The notes: generated by a model not told the origin, from the sequence alone. Shown: positions 9,043 through 18,037, numbered from the stretch's first letter. The stretch is DNA of 64,000 nucleotides from Vulcanimicrobiota bacterium (GCA_963820825.1 CAWGBN010000002.1:160001-224000), one strand, 5' to 3'. Program-made: numbers and translations.

Positions 9043-9071
9043 CTGCCATACATATGGCATAGCGGTATCAT
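9043..9071 (+). promoter_or_regulatory. Candidate promoter with overlapping palindrome upstream of the HNH gene
   Basis: CTGCCA-17 bp-TATCAT; perfect inverted repeat TGCCATA-CA-TATGGCA at 9044-9059. Confidence 0.45.
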
Positions 9072-9082
9072 AGTATTGGCGC

Positions 9083-9592
9083 ATGAATGCAAGGAAGTTT
9101 CGCGGCTGGTGCCTGACTGATTGCGGTAACGCGATTAAACACGGGGCAACAAAATATTGCTCATTTAGATGCCTACAAGTGGCACGCAGTCAGGAACGCG
9201 TGCAGACCCTGGAGTCCGGGTTTTACGTTGCCCTTCAGGCAACGCGGTTTCTTCGCAGATACTTGATCGAACGTCTCGGCGAGAAGCGCACACGGTGCGG
9301 CTGGGCCGAGCGACATCCCACAACCAGAAACGTTCCTATCGAAGTCGAACACATCGACGGAAACTGGCAAAACTATAGGCTCGAAAATCTGACCTTGCTC
9401 TGCCCGAATTGTCATGCTCTAACCCCGACGTTCCGCAGCCTCAACCGGGGTCGAGGCAGGGCTCATCGACTCGGTGGCAGAGCGAACCCGATTAACGCTA
9501 GCGGCCAACCTGAAAGGCGGCGCGAGCGGGCGTCTAGGCAAAAGGTGTTCGAGGGACCCCTGATGCAACTGAATCTACTACCGCCGACGTAG
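9083..9592 (+). CDS. HNH endonuclease (Zn-finger type), possibly degenerate
   Basis: KYCSFRC; EVEHIDGNWQNYRLENLTLLCPNCHALTPT HNH motif; visibly AT-richer than flanks. Confidence 0.88.
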   Translation: MNARKFRGWCLTDCGNAIKHGATKYCSFRCLQVARSQERVQTLESGFYVALQATRFLRRYLIERLGEKRTRCGWAERHPTTRNVPIEVEHIDGNWQNYRLENLTLLCPNCHALTPTFRSLNRGRGRAHRLGGRANPINASGQPERRRERASRQKVFEGPLMQLNLLPPT

Positions 9593-9667
9593 CCAAGTGG
9601 TTGAAGGCAATTGATTTGTAATCAATTCCCAGAAATGGGCACGTGGGTTCGAATCCCACCGTCGGCT
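9583..9667 (+). tRNA. tRNA-Thr(UGU) with atypical long variable arm; CCA not encoded
   Basis: GCCGACG/CGTCGGC acceptor, GCC-AAGTGGTTGAA-GGC D arm, ATTGA-TTTGTAA-TCAAT anticodon arm, CCCA-GAAA-TGGG V arm, GTGGG-TTCGAAT-CCCAC T arm. Confidence 0.9.
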
Positions 9668-9689
9668 CCGTTCGTTTTTTTGAAAGTAC

Positions 9690-10079
9690 ATGCAAAACGT
9701 AAATCCAAAGTGGTTGAAGTCGGGGCTCGTGCTCGTATGCGAGCGCTGCTTCAAAGAGCGTATCCCCGAAGAAGATCCCGACGCCGCCGAACGGATCGGC
9801 GACTTCCATCTTCGCAACTGGTTAAAAGATCGGCTCAAAGAAGACGGGCGATGGGGACCGATTCGTGCGATCAGTACGAGCTGCATGGACGTCTGTGCAC
9901 GCGGGCGGGTAACGCTCTGCATCGAGCCGCAAGACGGCGAAACGACGGTTATGGTCGTCGACCCCGTCGCCGATCGCGAAGCGATCTATCGCGAGATCGT
10001 CGCGCGGCTAAACGGTGGCGACAACGGCGCGTACCAGGGCGGCGCGGGCGAGGAGCCGAGTCGAGTCGAGCGTCGGTAA
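9690..10079 (+). CDS. Thioredoxin-like (2Fe-2S) ferredoxin-domain protein
   Basis: VLVCERC ... TSCMDVC cysteine pattern. Confidence 0.7.
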   Translation: MQNVNPKWLKSGLVLVCERCFKERIPEEDPDAAERIGDFHLRNWLKDRLKEDGRWGPIRAISTSCMDVCARGRVTLCIEPQDGETTVMVVDPVADREAIYREIVARLNGGDNGAYQGGAGEEPSRVERR

Positions 10080-10709
10080 CGATGAGTTCTCGTCGTTGAC
10101 GATGAGCGGGATCTCGGTGCAGCCGAGAACGACCGCGTCGCAGCCGGCGTCCTTCATCCGCTCGATCACGCGTTGGAAATACGCGGCCGCTTCCGGCTTG
10201 AAGGCGCCGTAAACCAAGTCGTCCATGATGATTCGGTTGATTTCAGCGCGCTCGTCCGAAGTCGGAAGCACGTACTCCCTTCCACGCGCCGACAACTTCT
10301 CCGGATAGACGTCGCTTTCGACGAGCCAGCGAGTCCCGGTCAGCCCAACGCGCCGAAAGCCGCGGCGCACCGCTTCGTCGGCGACGACATCGGCGATATG
10401 CAGCCACGGCAGCGGGGACCGCGATTCGATTGGCGGCAGCGCTTGGTGGATCGTATTGTCGGGACAGATGAGAAAGTCGGCGCCGATCGCCGCCAGCTTG
10501 CGGGCGGAATCCAGCATGATCTGGCCGACGCCCGGCCAGTCATCGCGATCCATGCACGCTTCGTACTCCGCGAACGACGGCGAGTGCATTGAAATCTCCG
10601 GGTGCGCGTGCGCGCCCAACAACTGGACACCTTCCGAACAAATCGTTTGGTAGCAGAGCGCGGCGCCCGGGGCCGAACACGCCACGATGCCGATATGGAG
10701 CGGTTTAAT
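10008..10709 (-). CDS. Aspartate/glutamate racemase family protein (start probably ATT 10709; first canonical start GTG 10685)
   Basis: HIGIVACSAPGAALCY, ICPDNTIH, VLGCTEIPL, LDSTRLLA. Confidence 0.9.
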   Translation of the reverse strand: MKPLHIGIVACSAPGAALCYQTICSEGVQLLGAHAHPEISMHSPSFAEYEACMDRDDWPGVGQIMLDSARKLAAIGADFLICPDNTIHQALPPIESRSPLPWLHIADVVADEAVRRGFRRVGLTGTRWLVESDVYPEKLSARGREYVLPTSDERAEINRIIMDDLVYGAFKPEAAAYFQRVIERMKDAGCDAVVLGCTEIPLIVNDENSSLPTLDSTRLLARAALVRAVVATV

Positions 10710-10732
10710 CGGACGTTCCGGGAAGCGGAACT

Positions 10733-10758
10733 GCCGCGCTAACTAAGGTTAGCGCGGC
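10733..10758. terminator. Perfect 11-bp hairpin downstream of sigH (terminator-like, no clear U tract)
   Basis: GCCGCGCTAAC-TAAG-GTTAGCGCGGC. Confidence 0.45.
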
Positions 10759-10790
10759 TGCCGCGAGGCAAAGGATTGCGTCATGCTCGT

Positions 10791-10829
10791 CCTTCGAGAC
10801 GCGCGCCGCGCGCGCTCCTCAGGATGACA
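10791..10829. repeat. REP-like palindromic element (intergenic)
   Basis: CCTTCGAGACGCGCGCCGCGCGCGCTCCTCAGGATGACA; related copies elsewhere in window. Confidence 0.75.
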
Positions 10830-10841
10830 CATGGCGGCGAG

Positions 10842-11490
10842 CTACTGGAACTCGAACTCGGCGAGATTCTTTTCGATCTTCCGCTTGACGCGCTGGAGCG
10901 CGTTGTCGATGGACTTCACGTGACGCCCGAGATCGCGCGCCATCTCCTGATAGCTCTTGCCCTCGAGATACGATTCGAGCACCTGCGACTCGAGCTCCGA
11001 GAGATTCTCGTCGAATTCGCTGGCGGATGTCGTCGGAGACCTCCTGCGTTACGACGAGCTCTTCGGGGTCGGAGGTCTTCTGCGAAGCCATCACGTCGAG
11101 GAGCGTGCGTTCGCTGTCCTCGTCGTAGATCGGCTTGTTCAGCGAGATGTACTGATTGAGCGGAATATGCTTCTGCCGGGTCGCGGTTTTGATCGCGGTG
11201 ATGATCTGCCGCGTAATGCAGAGCTCGGCGAACGCGCGGAAGCTGGAAAGCTTGTCGGCCTTGAAGTCGCGCACCGCCTTGTAGAGACCGATCATCCCCT
11301 CTTGGATGATATCCTCGCGGTCGGCCCCGATCAGGAAGTAGCTCTTGGCCTTGATCCGGACAAAATTCTTGTACTTGTTGAGCAGGTACTCCATCGCAAG
11401 GTTATCACCGGTCTTGGCGATAGCGACCAAGTCCTCGTCGACTCTCTGCTGATATTCCACGCCATCCGAGACTGGATGGGTCATTGCCAT
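10842..11490 (-). CDS. sigH: RNA polymerase sigma factor SigH (Spo0H-type); +1 frameshift near 11011, probably a sequence error
   Basis: KSYFLIGADREDIIQEGMIGLYKAVRDF...TRQKHIPLN; after shift ENLSELE..YLEGKSYQEMA..HVKSIDNALQRVKRK*. Confidence 0.92.
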
Positions 11491-11567
11491 AATTTTCTGT
11501 CTGCCTCGTGGGTAAGACGAGCCGCATGCGCAGGCCGCAGCCCGTCGGGCGCGGCACGTCGAGGCTA

Positions 11568-11598
11568 AGTATATAGGAGGGTCCCCCTCCCCCGTCAA
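11568..11598 (-). promoter_or_regulatory. Candidate sigma70 promoter for sigH
   Basis: TTGACG (11598-11593) and TATACT (11573-11568); spacer 19 bp with two homopolymer runs. Confidence 0.45.
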
Positions 11599-12353
11599 GG
11601 ACGAAGCGAGCACTCTCCTTGTCTTAAGGCCTCGTAAATGAGAATAGCGGCGGCCACCGAGGCGTTGAGCGAGGCAACCCGCCCCCGCATCGGCAGTCTG
11701 ACCAGGTAGTCGCACTCGCGCCGGACGAGCTGGGAGAGCCCCGTATCCTCCGCCCCGATCACCAGGGCGAGTGGGCGCCCCAGGTCGGCCTTAGCGAGCT
11801 CTACCGCCTCGGGACCCGGGTCGGCGCCGACCACCCAGAGCCCGGCCTTCTTCAACGTCCGGATGGCATCGGCGATATTGGCGACGCGCGCGATCGGCAG
11901 ATGCGCGGCCGCCCCCGCGGCGGCTTTGCGCACCGTCGCGTTGACCCCGGCCGACCGGCGGTCGGGCAACACGAGTCCGGCCGCGCCGGCCGCCTCGGCG
12001 GTGCGAATGATCGCGCCGACATTATGCGGATCGGTTAAATGGTCGAGCACCACGACCAGACGCGGCACGCCGCCGCCGTCATTGCGGCGGGCGAGGATCT
12101 CGGGCAACGAAACGTATTCGAAGGGCGGACCGACGGCGACCACGCCTTGATGCGCTTTGAAGGGCAGTCGTTCGAAGAACGTGCGCCGTTCGAAACGCAC
12201 CGGAACCGCGCGCTCCTTCGCTTGCGCGAGCAGCGCTCGCAACACGTTGTCCTTGCTGCGATCCATGGCAACGTGCACGACGCGCAGCGGTTCGCTCGCC
12301 GCAAGCGCCTCACCGACCGTATGGACTCCGTAGATGAGATCGTCGAAATCCAT
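11595..12353 (-). CDS. rlmB: 23S rRNA (G2251-2'-O)-methyltransferase
   Basis: IYGVH, HQGVVA, LDHLTDPHNVGAIIRTA, IGAEDTG, VASLNASVA; between cysS and sigH. Confidence 0.93.
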   Translation of the reverse strand: MDFDDLIYGVHTVGEALAASEPLRVVHVAMDRSKDNVLRALLAQAKERAVPVRFERRTFFERLPFKAHQGVVAVGPPFEYVSLPEILARRNDGGGVPRLVVVLDHLTDPHNVGAIIRTAEAAGAAGLVLPDRRSAGVNATVRKAAAGAAAHLPIARVANIADAIRTLKKAGLWVVGADPGPEAVELAKADLGRPLALVIGAEDTGLSQLVRRECDYLVRLPMRGRVASLNASVAAAILIYEALRQGECSLRP

Positions 12354-12360
12354 CCGTCGC

Positions 12361-12398
12361 CCTTGCGCAGCACCGCTTCGCGGCGCGCTCGGGGTGAC
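12361..12398. repeat. Degenerate REP-like element between cysS and rlmB
   Basis: CCTTGCGCAGCACCGCTTCGCGGCGCGCTCGGGGTGAC resembles CCTTCG...CGCTCAGGATGAC. Confidence 0.5.
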
Positions 12399-12445
12399 CG
12401 CGTGGCGGCCGCGCTTCTTTACGAAACCGCCGGGGCCGCGCTTCT

Positions 12446-13897
12446 TTACAGGGCGGCGACGTTCCACGTCGTGCCTTCCTTGGAATCCTTGACTTCGACG
12501 CCGCAGCGCGCGAGCGCGTCGCGAAACCGATCGGAGGCCGCCCAATCTTTTGCGCGACGCGCTTCGTCGCGCAGCGCGATCACGCGTGCGATCGCCTCTT
12601 CCGCCGATGCAGCGCCGATGGAGTGCCCAGCCGCTTCGATGCCGGCATCGCGCAGCGCCGCTTGCAGCCGCACGACGAAATCGAGAGCGAGTTCAGCGCG
12701 CGGCTCCTCGAGCCACGAATCGTTTGGCGCGACGCCGAGAATGCCGAGCCAATAGGCGAGATCCTCTCGGCTCGGCGTCGAGCGATCGACGGCGTCGTAG
12801 AGCACCGCGAGCGCGGCCGCCGTATTCATGTCGTCGTCAAGCGCCGCTTCCATCCGTTCGTCGAGCTCGGGCGACGCAACCGATTCGCCGTCGGTTGCCG
12901 GCGCGAGGCTTCGATATGCAGCCCTGATGCGCCCGAGGCCGAGCGCCGCCGCGGCGATCGAATCTTCGGTGAAGTTCATCACCTTTCGATAGCCCGTTTG
13001 CAGAAAGAGCCAGCGAAGGGCCTGCGGATCGTGCCGCTGCAATAGATCCGAGAGCGGTTCGAAATTGCCGAGCGACTTCGACATCTTGCGGCTGTCGAAG
13101 AGCAAGAGCCCGCCGTGAACCCAGACGTTCGCCATCGGCGGGCGCGCCATCAGCGGCTCGCTCTGAGCGATCTCGTTCTCGTGATGCGGAAAGATCAAAT
13201 CCGCACCGCCGCCGTGAATGTCGAAGCCGATCCCGCCCGGATCGAGCAACGCGCGCGCCATCGCCGAGCACTCGATGTGCCAGCCCGGCCGCCCGTCGCC
13301 GTACGGCTCGAACCCCCAGCGCGGTTCGCCAGGTTTGGCAAACTTCCAGAGTGCAAAATCGAGGGGATCTTCCTTATGCTCGTCGACTTCGATGCGCGCA
13401 CCCGCCTCGAGCTCATCGACGTTGCGGTTGGCGAGGCGGCCGTAGCGCGCAAAGGTTGAGACGCGATAGTAGATGCCGTCCTGTGCGGGATAGGCGTGAC
13501 CGCCGGCGATCAGCTCCGCAATCATCGTTTGAATCGGCTCGATATACCGGGTCGCGTAGGGTTCGTGATCGTAGGCGAGCACGCCGAGCTTGCGCATCGA
13601 ATCGGTGAACTCCGCATAGTACCGCTCGACGATATCGTGATAGTCTTCGCCCGTCTCTTTTGCCTCGTTGATGCTGCGGTCGTCGATGTCAGTGACGTTC
13701 TGCACGTACGTCACCTTGTAGCCGCGATGCATCAAGTAGCGGCGGAGTACGTCGAAGAAGAGAAACGAGCGGGCGTGGCCGAGGTGCGCCTGCGCCGAGG
13801 GCGTCAGCCCGCAGACGTAGATGCGGACGTCGCGGTCGCGCAACGGCTCGAACGCCTCGACGCTGCGCGTGCGAGTGTTATAAAGCTTGATCGGCAC
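12446..13897 (-). CDS. cysS: Cysteine--tRNA ligase
   Basis: YVCGLT, HLGH, GRPGWHIECSAM, DIHGGGADLIFPHHENE, KMSKS. Confidence 0.97.
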   Translation of the reverse strand: MPIKLYNTRTRSVEAFEPLRDRDVRIYVCGLTPSAQAHLGHARSFLFFDVLRRYLMHRGYKVTYVQNVTDIDDRSINEAKETGEDYHDIVERYYAEFTDSMRKLGVLAYDHEPYATRYIEPIQTMIAELIAGGHAYPAQDGIYYRVSTFARYGRLANRNVDELEAGARIEVDEHKEDPLDFALWKFAKPGEPRWGFEPYGDGRPGWHIECSAMARALLDPGGIGFDIHGGGADLIFPHHENEIAQSEPLMARPPMANVWVHGGLLLFDSRKMSKSLGNFEPLSDLLQRHDPQALRWLFLQTGYRKVMNFTEDSIAAAALGLGRIRAAYRSLAPATDGESVASPELDERMEAALDDDMNTAAALAVLYDAVDRSTPSREDLAYWLGILGVAPNDSWLEEPRAELALDFVVRLQAALRDAGIEAAGHSIGAASAEEAIARVIALRDEARRAKDWAASDRFRDALARCGVEVKDSKEGTTWNVAAL

Positions 13898-13900
13898 CGC

Positions 13901-14638
13901 TCAGATAACCCAGCTCCAGGCTTCGTCTTCGGTCGCCTCGCCGTGTTCGAGCTCGCTCAAGCGCCGTTCGAGCTGCGCCAACTGCTGCTGCAGGCGCACG
14001 ATCGCGTCGGTCGTTGGGTCGGGCATGTCGACCTGCGGGCGTTCCGGGACGACGCGAATCGGCTTGCCGTCCTGCATCACGATGCGCGCCGGAACTCCGA
14101 CCACGGTTGCATTCGCCGGAACGTCTTTCACCACGACCGATCCGCCGCCGACTCTCGCGTTGTCGCCGAGAACGATCGCACCGAGCACGCTCGAGTTCAC
14201 GCCGACCACTACGTTACGCCCGAGCGTGGGATGACGCTTGCCGTGCGAGAGGCTCGTGCCTCCCAGCGTAACGCCTTGATAGATCGTGCATCCGTCGCCG
14301 ACCTCGGCCGTCTCGCCGATCACCACGCCGGAACCGTGGTCTATGAAGATGCCCTTCCCGATCGTCGCGCCGGGATGGATCTCGATCTGGGTGAAAAAGC
14401 GCGCGACGTTGGCGAAGAGACGCGGCAGAATCGGTATCTGCGCGCGGTGCAGCGCATGGTTGATCCGATGCGCGACGAGCGCGTGGAAACCGGGGTACGA
14501 GAGCACGACGTCCAGCCAGCCGCGCGCCGCCGGATCGCGTTCGAGGGGCGCGCGCAGGTCGGCCAGAACGTCGTCGAGCCAACTCCCGCCTTGAGCCGGT
14601 TGAGGGGTCATCGCCAACAGTTTAACCCGGGCGGTCAA
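13901..14638 (-). CDS. cysE: Serine O-acetyltransferase
   Basis: RDPAA, IEIHPGATIG, FIDHGSGVVIGET, KRHPTLG, VVGVPAR. Confidence 0.96.
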   Translation of the reverse strand: MTARVKLLAMTPQPAQGGSWLDDVLADLRAPLERDPAARGWLDVVLSYPGFHALVAHRINHALHRAQIPILPRLFANVARFFTQIEIHPGATIGKGIFIDHGSGVVIGETAEVGDGCTIYQGVTLGGTSLSHGKRHPTLGRNVVVGVNSSVLGAIVLGDNARVGGGSVVVKDVPANATVVGVPARIVMQDGKPIRVVPERPQVDMPDPTTDAIVRLQQQLAQLERRLSELEHGEATEDEAWSWVI

Positions 14639-14658
14639 TCAAGGGCTGCATCCCACCC

Positions 14659-15135
14659 TTACTGCGACGCGAGCAGCGCGACGGCGTAGACCGCAAGACC
14701 GGTTCCGTCGCCGGTATAGCCCATGCCCTCGCTGCTCTTGGCCTTTACGCTTACCGCGCCGGCGGGCAGCCCAAGACGTTGCGCGACGTTTGCGCGGATG
14801 CGTTCGATGAACGGCGCGAGTTTCGGCCGTTCGACGACGATCGTTGCGTCGACGTTGCCGATCGAGTAGCCGGCGTCGCGAACGGCCGCTGCGCACTGCG
14901 CGAGCAGCTCCATCGAATCGGCATCTTTCCAGCGCGCGTCGGTGTCGGGAAATCGCGCGCCGAGATCGCCGAGCGCGGCCGCGCCGAGCAATGCATCGGC
15001 GAGCGCGTGCGCGAGAACGTCGCCGTCGGAGTGCCCGAGCGGTCCGCGCTCGAAGGGAATGCGCACGCCACCCAAGACCAGCGGCCGCCCCTCGGCGAGA
15101 CGGTGCGCGTCGAATCCGTGCCCCACGCGCATCAT
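14659..15135 (-). CDS. ispF: 2-C-methyl-D-erythritol 2,4-cyclodiphosphate synthase
   Basis: MRVGHGFDAH, GHSDGDVLAHA, LGDLG..FPD, SVKAKSSEGMG; ATGA overlap with ispD stop. Confidence 0.95.
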   Translation of the reverse strand: MMRVGHGFDAHRLAEGRPLVLGGVRIPFERGPLGHSDGDVLAHALADALLGAAALGDLGARFPDTDARWKDADSMELLAQCAAAVRDAGYSIGNVDATIVVERPKLAPFIERIRANVAQRLGLPAGAVSVKAKSSEGMGYTGDGTGLAVYAVALLASQ

Positions 15136-15810
15136 GCTTGCAGGATCGCGGCGGCGCGTTCGACGTCGCCCGGCAGCGTTACTTTGAAGTTCTCGCTCGT
15201 CGCGGCAACGACGACGACCTCGATGCCGGCGCGCTCGAGCAACGCCGCGTCGTCGGTCGCTTCGACTCCCTCGCGCGAAGCGCGTTCGTGCGCTTCGCGC
15301 AGATTCTGGGAGCATCGCGAACTGCGGCGTCTGCGCGGCCCACAACCTTGCGCGATCGAGCGTCGCCTCGACGCGCCGCGATGCCGTTTCGACCCGCTTG
15401 ATCGTGTCGACGACCGGCGCTGCGAGCAGCGACGCGCGCCCCGGGCGCACCTCACTCATTCCGGCACGCACGTCCTCGGCCGTCACCAGCGGCCGCGCGC
15501 CGTCGTGCACGAGCACGGCGTCGCAGGCGTCCGAGACGGCCCGCACGCCTTCGTAGACGCTCTGCTGCCGGGTCGCGCCGCCCCGCACGACGCGGTTCGT
15601 GTGCTTCGCGGCGAGCTCGGCGAGGAGCGCGCGCATCGGCTCGAGCGACTCGGGCTCGGTCGCGACCACGATCTCCTCAACCTCCGCCATCGCCGCAAGA
15701 GTTCGCATCGACCAGCCGACCATCGGCATTCCGGCGAGTTCGATGAACTGCTTCGGCCGGCCGAATCGTGTGCCGTGGCCGGCCGCCACGATCACGGCCG
15801 CCCATTTCAA
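15132..15810 (-). CDS. ispD: MEP cytidylyltransferase; +1 frameshift near 15308, probably a sequence error
   Basis: AAGHGTRFGRPKQF, GGATRQQSV, VLVHDGARP, AQTPQ; second frame ATDDAALLE..NFKVTLPGD. Confidence 0.92.
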
Positions 15811-16856
15811 GAGGCGACGCCTTCGCGCTTCGGCCGCGCGAAGATCATTCGTCCGGCAACGGTCTGCAGCACGCTGGTGACGATCACGTCGGTCTCTTCG
15901 CCGATCAGTCGCCGCCCGTGCTCGACGACGATCATCGTGCCGTCCTCGAGATAACCGACGCCTTGATGGAACTCTTTGCCCTCGCGAATCACCGCCACAT
16001 GCAGCTCTTCGCCGGGGAGGACGACGGGCTTTACCGCATTGGCGAGCTCGTTGACGTTGAGCACCGCGACGCCTTCGACGTGAGCGATCCGATTCAAGTT
16101 ATAATCGTTGGTCACCAGCTTCGCGCCGAGTTCCTGCGCGAGACGAACGAGCCGCGCGTCGACGTTTCCCGGCGCCATATCGGAGAAATCGCGCTCGCTG
16201 ATCTCGACGGTGGCGAGCTCTTGCAAGCGGCTGAGTACGTCGAATCCCCGCCGGCCGCGCATGCGTTTGAGCGGATCGACGGAGTCGGAGATTGCCTGGA
16301 GCTCGCGCAGAACGAAGCGCGGCACGATCAGCGCACCTTCGAGAAATCCGCTCTCGACGATCTCGACGATGCGTCCGTCGACGATCGTGGACGTGTCGAC
16401 GAGTTTGGCGATCCCGCCGCTCGCGCCTCCGGCCGCAGTTCGCGGAACCGGAACGATACGAATCTTCGCGCCGATCCGCGCGCCTAAGTACGCGGCAAAG
16501 ATTGCGACGATGAGATAGAGGACGATTGCGACGTAAGTCCCGGCACGCCCGAGATCGGAGATGAGCTCGAAGACGATGCCCTTGATGAGAAATGCGATCA
16601 GCAGACCGACGACGAGGCCGACCGCGCCGCCGGCAATCTCCGCGGGCGTGAGCCGTTCCATCGCGCCCTCCGCCTGGCGCAACTGATTCTCGAAGAGCGC
16701 CTGCGCGAGCGGCGCGAGCAGCGCGCCGACGATCGCTCCGACGACGGGTGAGAGAATCAGACACGCAACTTGCAACGCTTCGTTCGCAAAATGCGGTGAG
16801 AGAAGGCTGAAATAGGCTTCCCGGCCGAGCAGAAAGCCGGCAACCCCGAAGACCAC
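15807..16856 (-). CDS. PIN/TRAM-domain membrane protein (YacL-like); true start probably slightly upstream
   Basis: TM helices, DTSTIVDGRI, RGRRGFDVL, TNDYNL, QGVGYLEDGTMIVVE, VLQTVAGRMIFA. Confidence 0.92.
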   Translation of the reverse strand: MVFGVAGFLLGREAYFSLLSPHFANEALQVACLILSPVVGAIVGALLAPLAQALFENQLRQAEGAMERLTPAEIAGGAVGLVVGLLIAFLIKGIVFELISDLGRAGTYVAIVLYLIVAIFAAYLGARIGAKIRIVPVPRTAAGGASGGIAKLVDTSTIVDGRIVEIVESGFLEGALIVPRFVLRELQAISDSVDPLKRMRGRRGFDVLSRLQELATVEISERDFSDMAPGNVDARLVRLAQELGAKLVTNDYNLNRIAHVEGVAVLNVNELANAVKPVVLPGEELHVAVIREGKEFHQGVGYLEDGTMIVVEHGRRLIGEETDVIVTSVLQTVAGRMIFARPKREGVAS

Positions 16857-16900
16857 GACGAAGGCGACGCGCAGGACCGTTTCCGAGAGCGCGTTAGGTG

Positions 16901-18020
16901 TTACTCGAATGTTACGAAGGCTCCGCAGACATCGTTGGCAAGAAATCGACCGCGCTGGGTCAACCGCACGGTGTCTCCGACTCGCTCCAGCAAGCCCGTC
17001 CGTGCGAATCGAGTGACGACAGGCGCGTAATCGGCCATCACGTCGATACCATAACGTTCTTTGAACTCGCTCAGCCCAACCCCCTGCGCGGTCCGCAGCG
17101 CGAGCATTACCGCCTCACCGACGCGCTTTCGACCTTCCAGCCGCTCGGCGTCCGAGGGAATCGGCCGCCCTTCGAGCGCTGCGTCGACGTACTCGTCGAG
17201 CGAGCGCGTATGCACGCTTCTCACCCCGTCGCGGTACGATGCCGCGCCGACGCCGAGTCCGGCGTACTCGCCGTTCGCCCAATAGTTCGAAATTATGCGC
17301 GCAGCGATGCCCGGACCGCGCGAAGTTGCTGATCTCGTATTGCTCGAAGCCGGCACCCTGCAGCATCTCGATTGCGAGCGCATATAGGTCGGCTTCGCAA
17401 ACGTCGTCGGCGAAGGCCGTTGGTTCGCGCGCCTGCCACGCGGCATACGGCGTCCCTTCCTCCACCGTGAGGCCGTATGCCGAGATATGATCGACGTCCA
17501 GTGCGATTGCCGCCTCGAGCGTCTGCCGCCAGCTTGCAATGCTCTGCCCCGGTACGGCGAACATCAAATCCAGCGACACGGATGCAACTCCCGCTTCGCG
17601 CGCCGCGGCGACGACGCCGGCCACCTCTTCGGGACGATGCTTGCGCCCGAGCGTTTGAATTTCGCTGGGCTCAAAGGATTGTACGCCGATCGAGATTCGC
17701 GTGATGCCGGCCTCGCGATAGCGCGGCAAGTCGCCGTCGCGTACGAGCTCCGGATTGAGCTCGATCGAGACTTCGCTCGCGCCCGGAAACCGGCGATTGA
17801 GCCCTCCGAGCAGATCCGCGATGGCCGGCGCGTCGTAGGCGTTCGGCGTTCCACCCCCCAGATAGATCGTCGCGGCGGGCGATACCGGTTCGCGTTGGAG
17901 CTCGGCAGAGAGCGCGTCGAGATACCGGCCGGCGGCGGTCGCGCGCATCGGCCACTTCGCGAAATCGCAGTACGGACAGAGATACGGACAGAACGGAAGG
18001 TGAACGTAGACGCCGAGCAT
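16901..18020 (-). CDS. hemW: Radical SAM heme chaperone HemW; +1 frameshift near 17291
   Basis: YVHLPFCPYLCPYCDF, YLGGGTP, YEISNFA..HN then YWANGEYAGLGVGAAS in second frame. Confidence 0.9.
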
Positions 18021-18037
18021 GGCGACCCGCGGCCGGC

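Noticed and set aside
9583..9667. Reading this tRNA as tRNA-Tyr because of TGTA in the loop and the long arm
   Set aside because: The 5-bp stem fixes a 7-nt loop TTTGTAA with UGU central, and the acceptor stem and U73 match the Thr(GGU) gene, not Tyr
3010..10700. Prophage or integrative element at the tRNAs
   Set aside because: No integrase, transposase, phage structural gene or duplicated tRNA 3' end was found
14659..15810. 383-aa ORF resembling a bifunctional IspDF fusion
   Set aside because: The IspD C-terminus is in another frame with its own stop overlapping the ispF ATG; one extra base creates the apparent fusion
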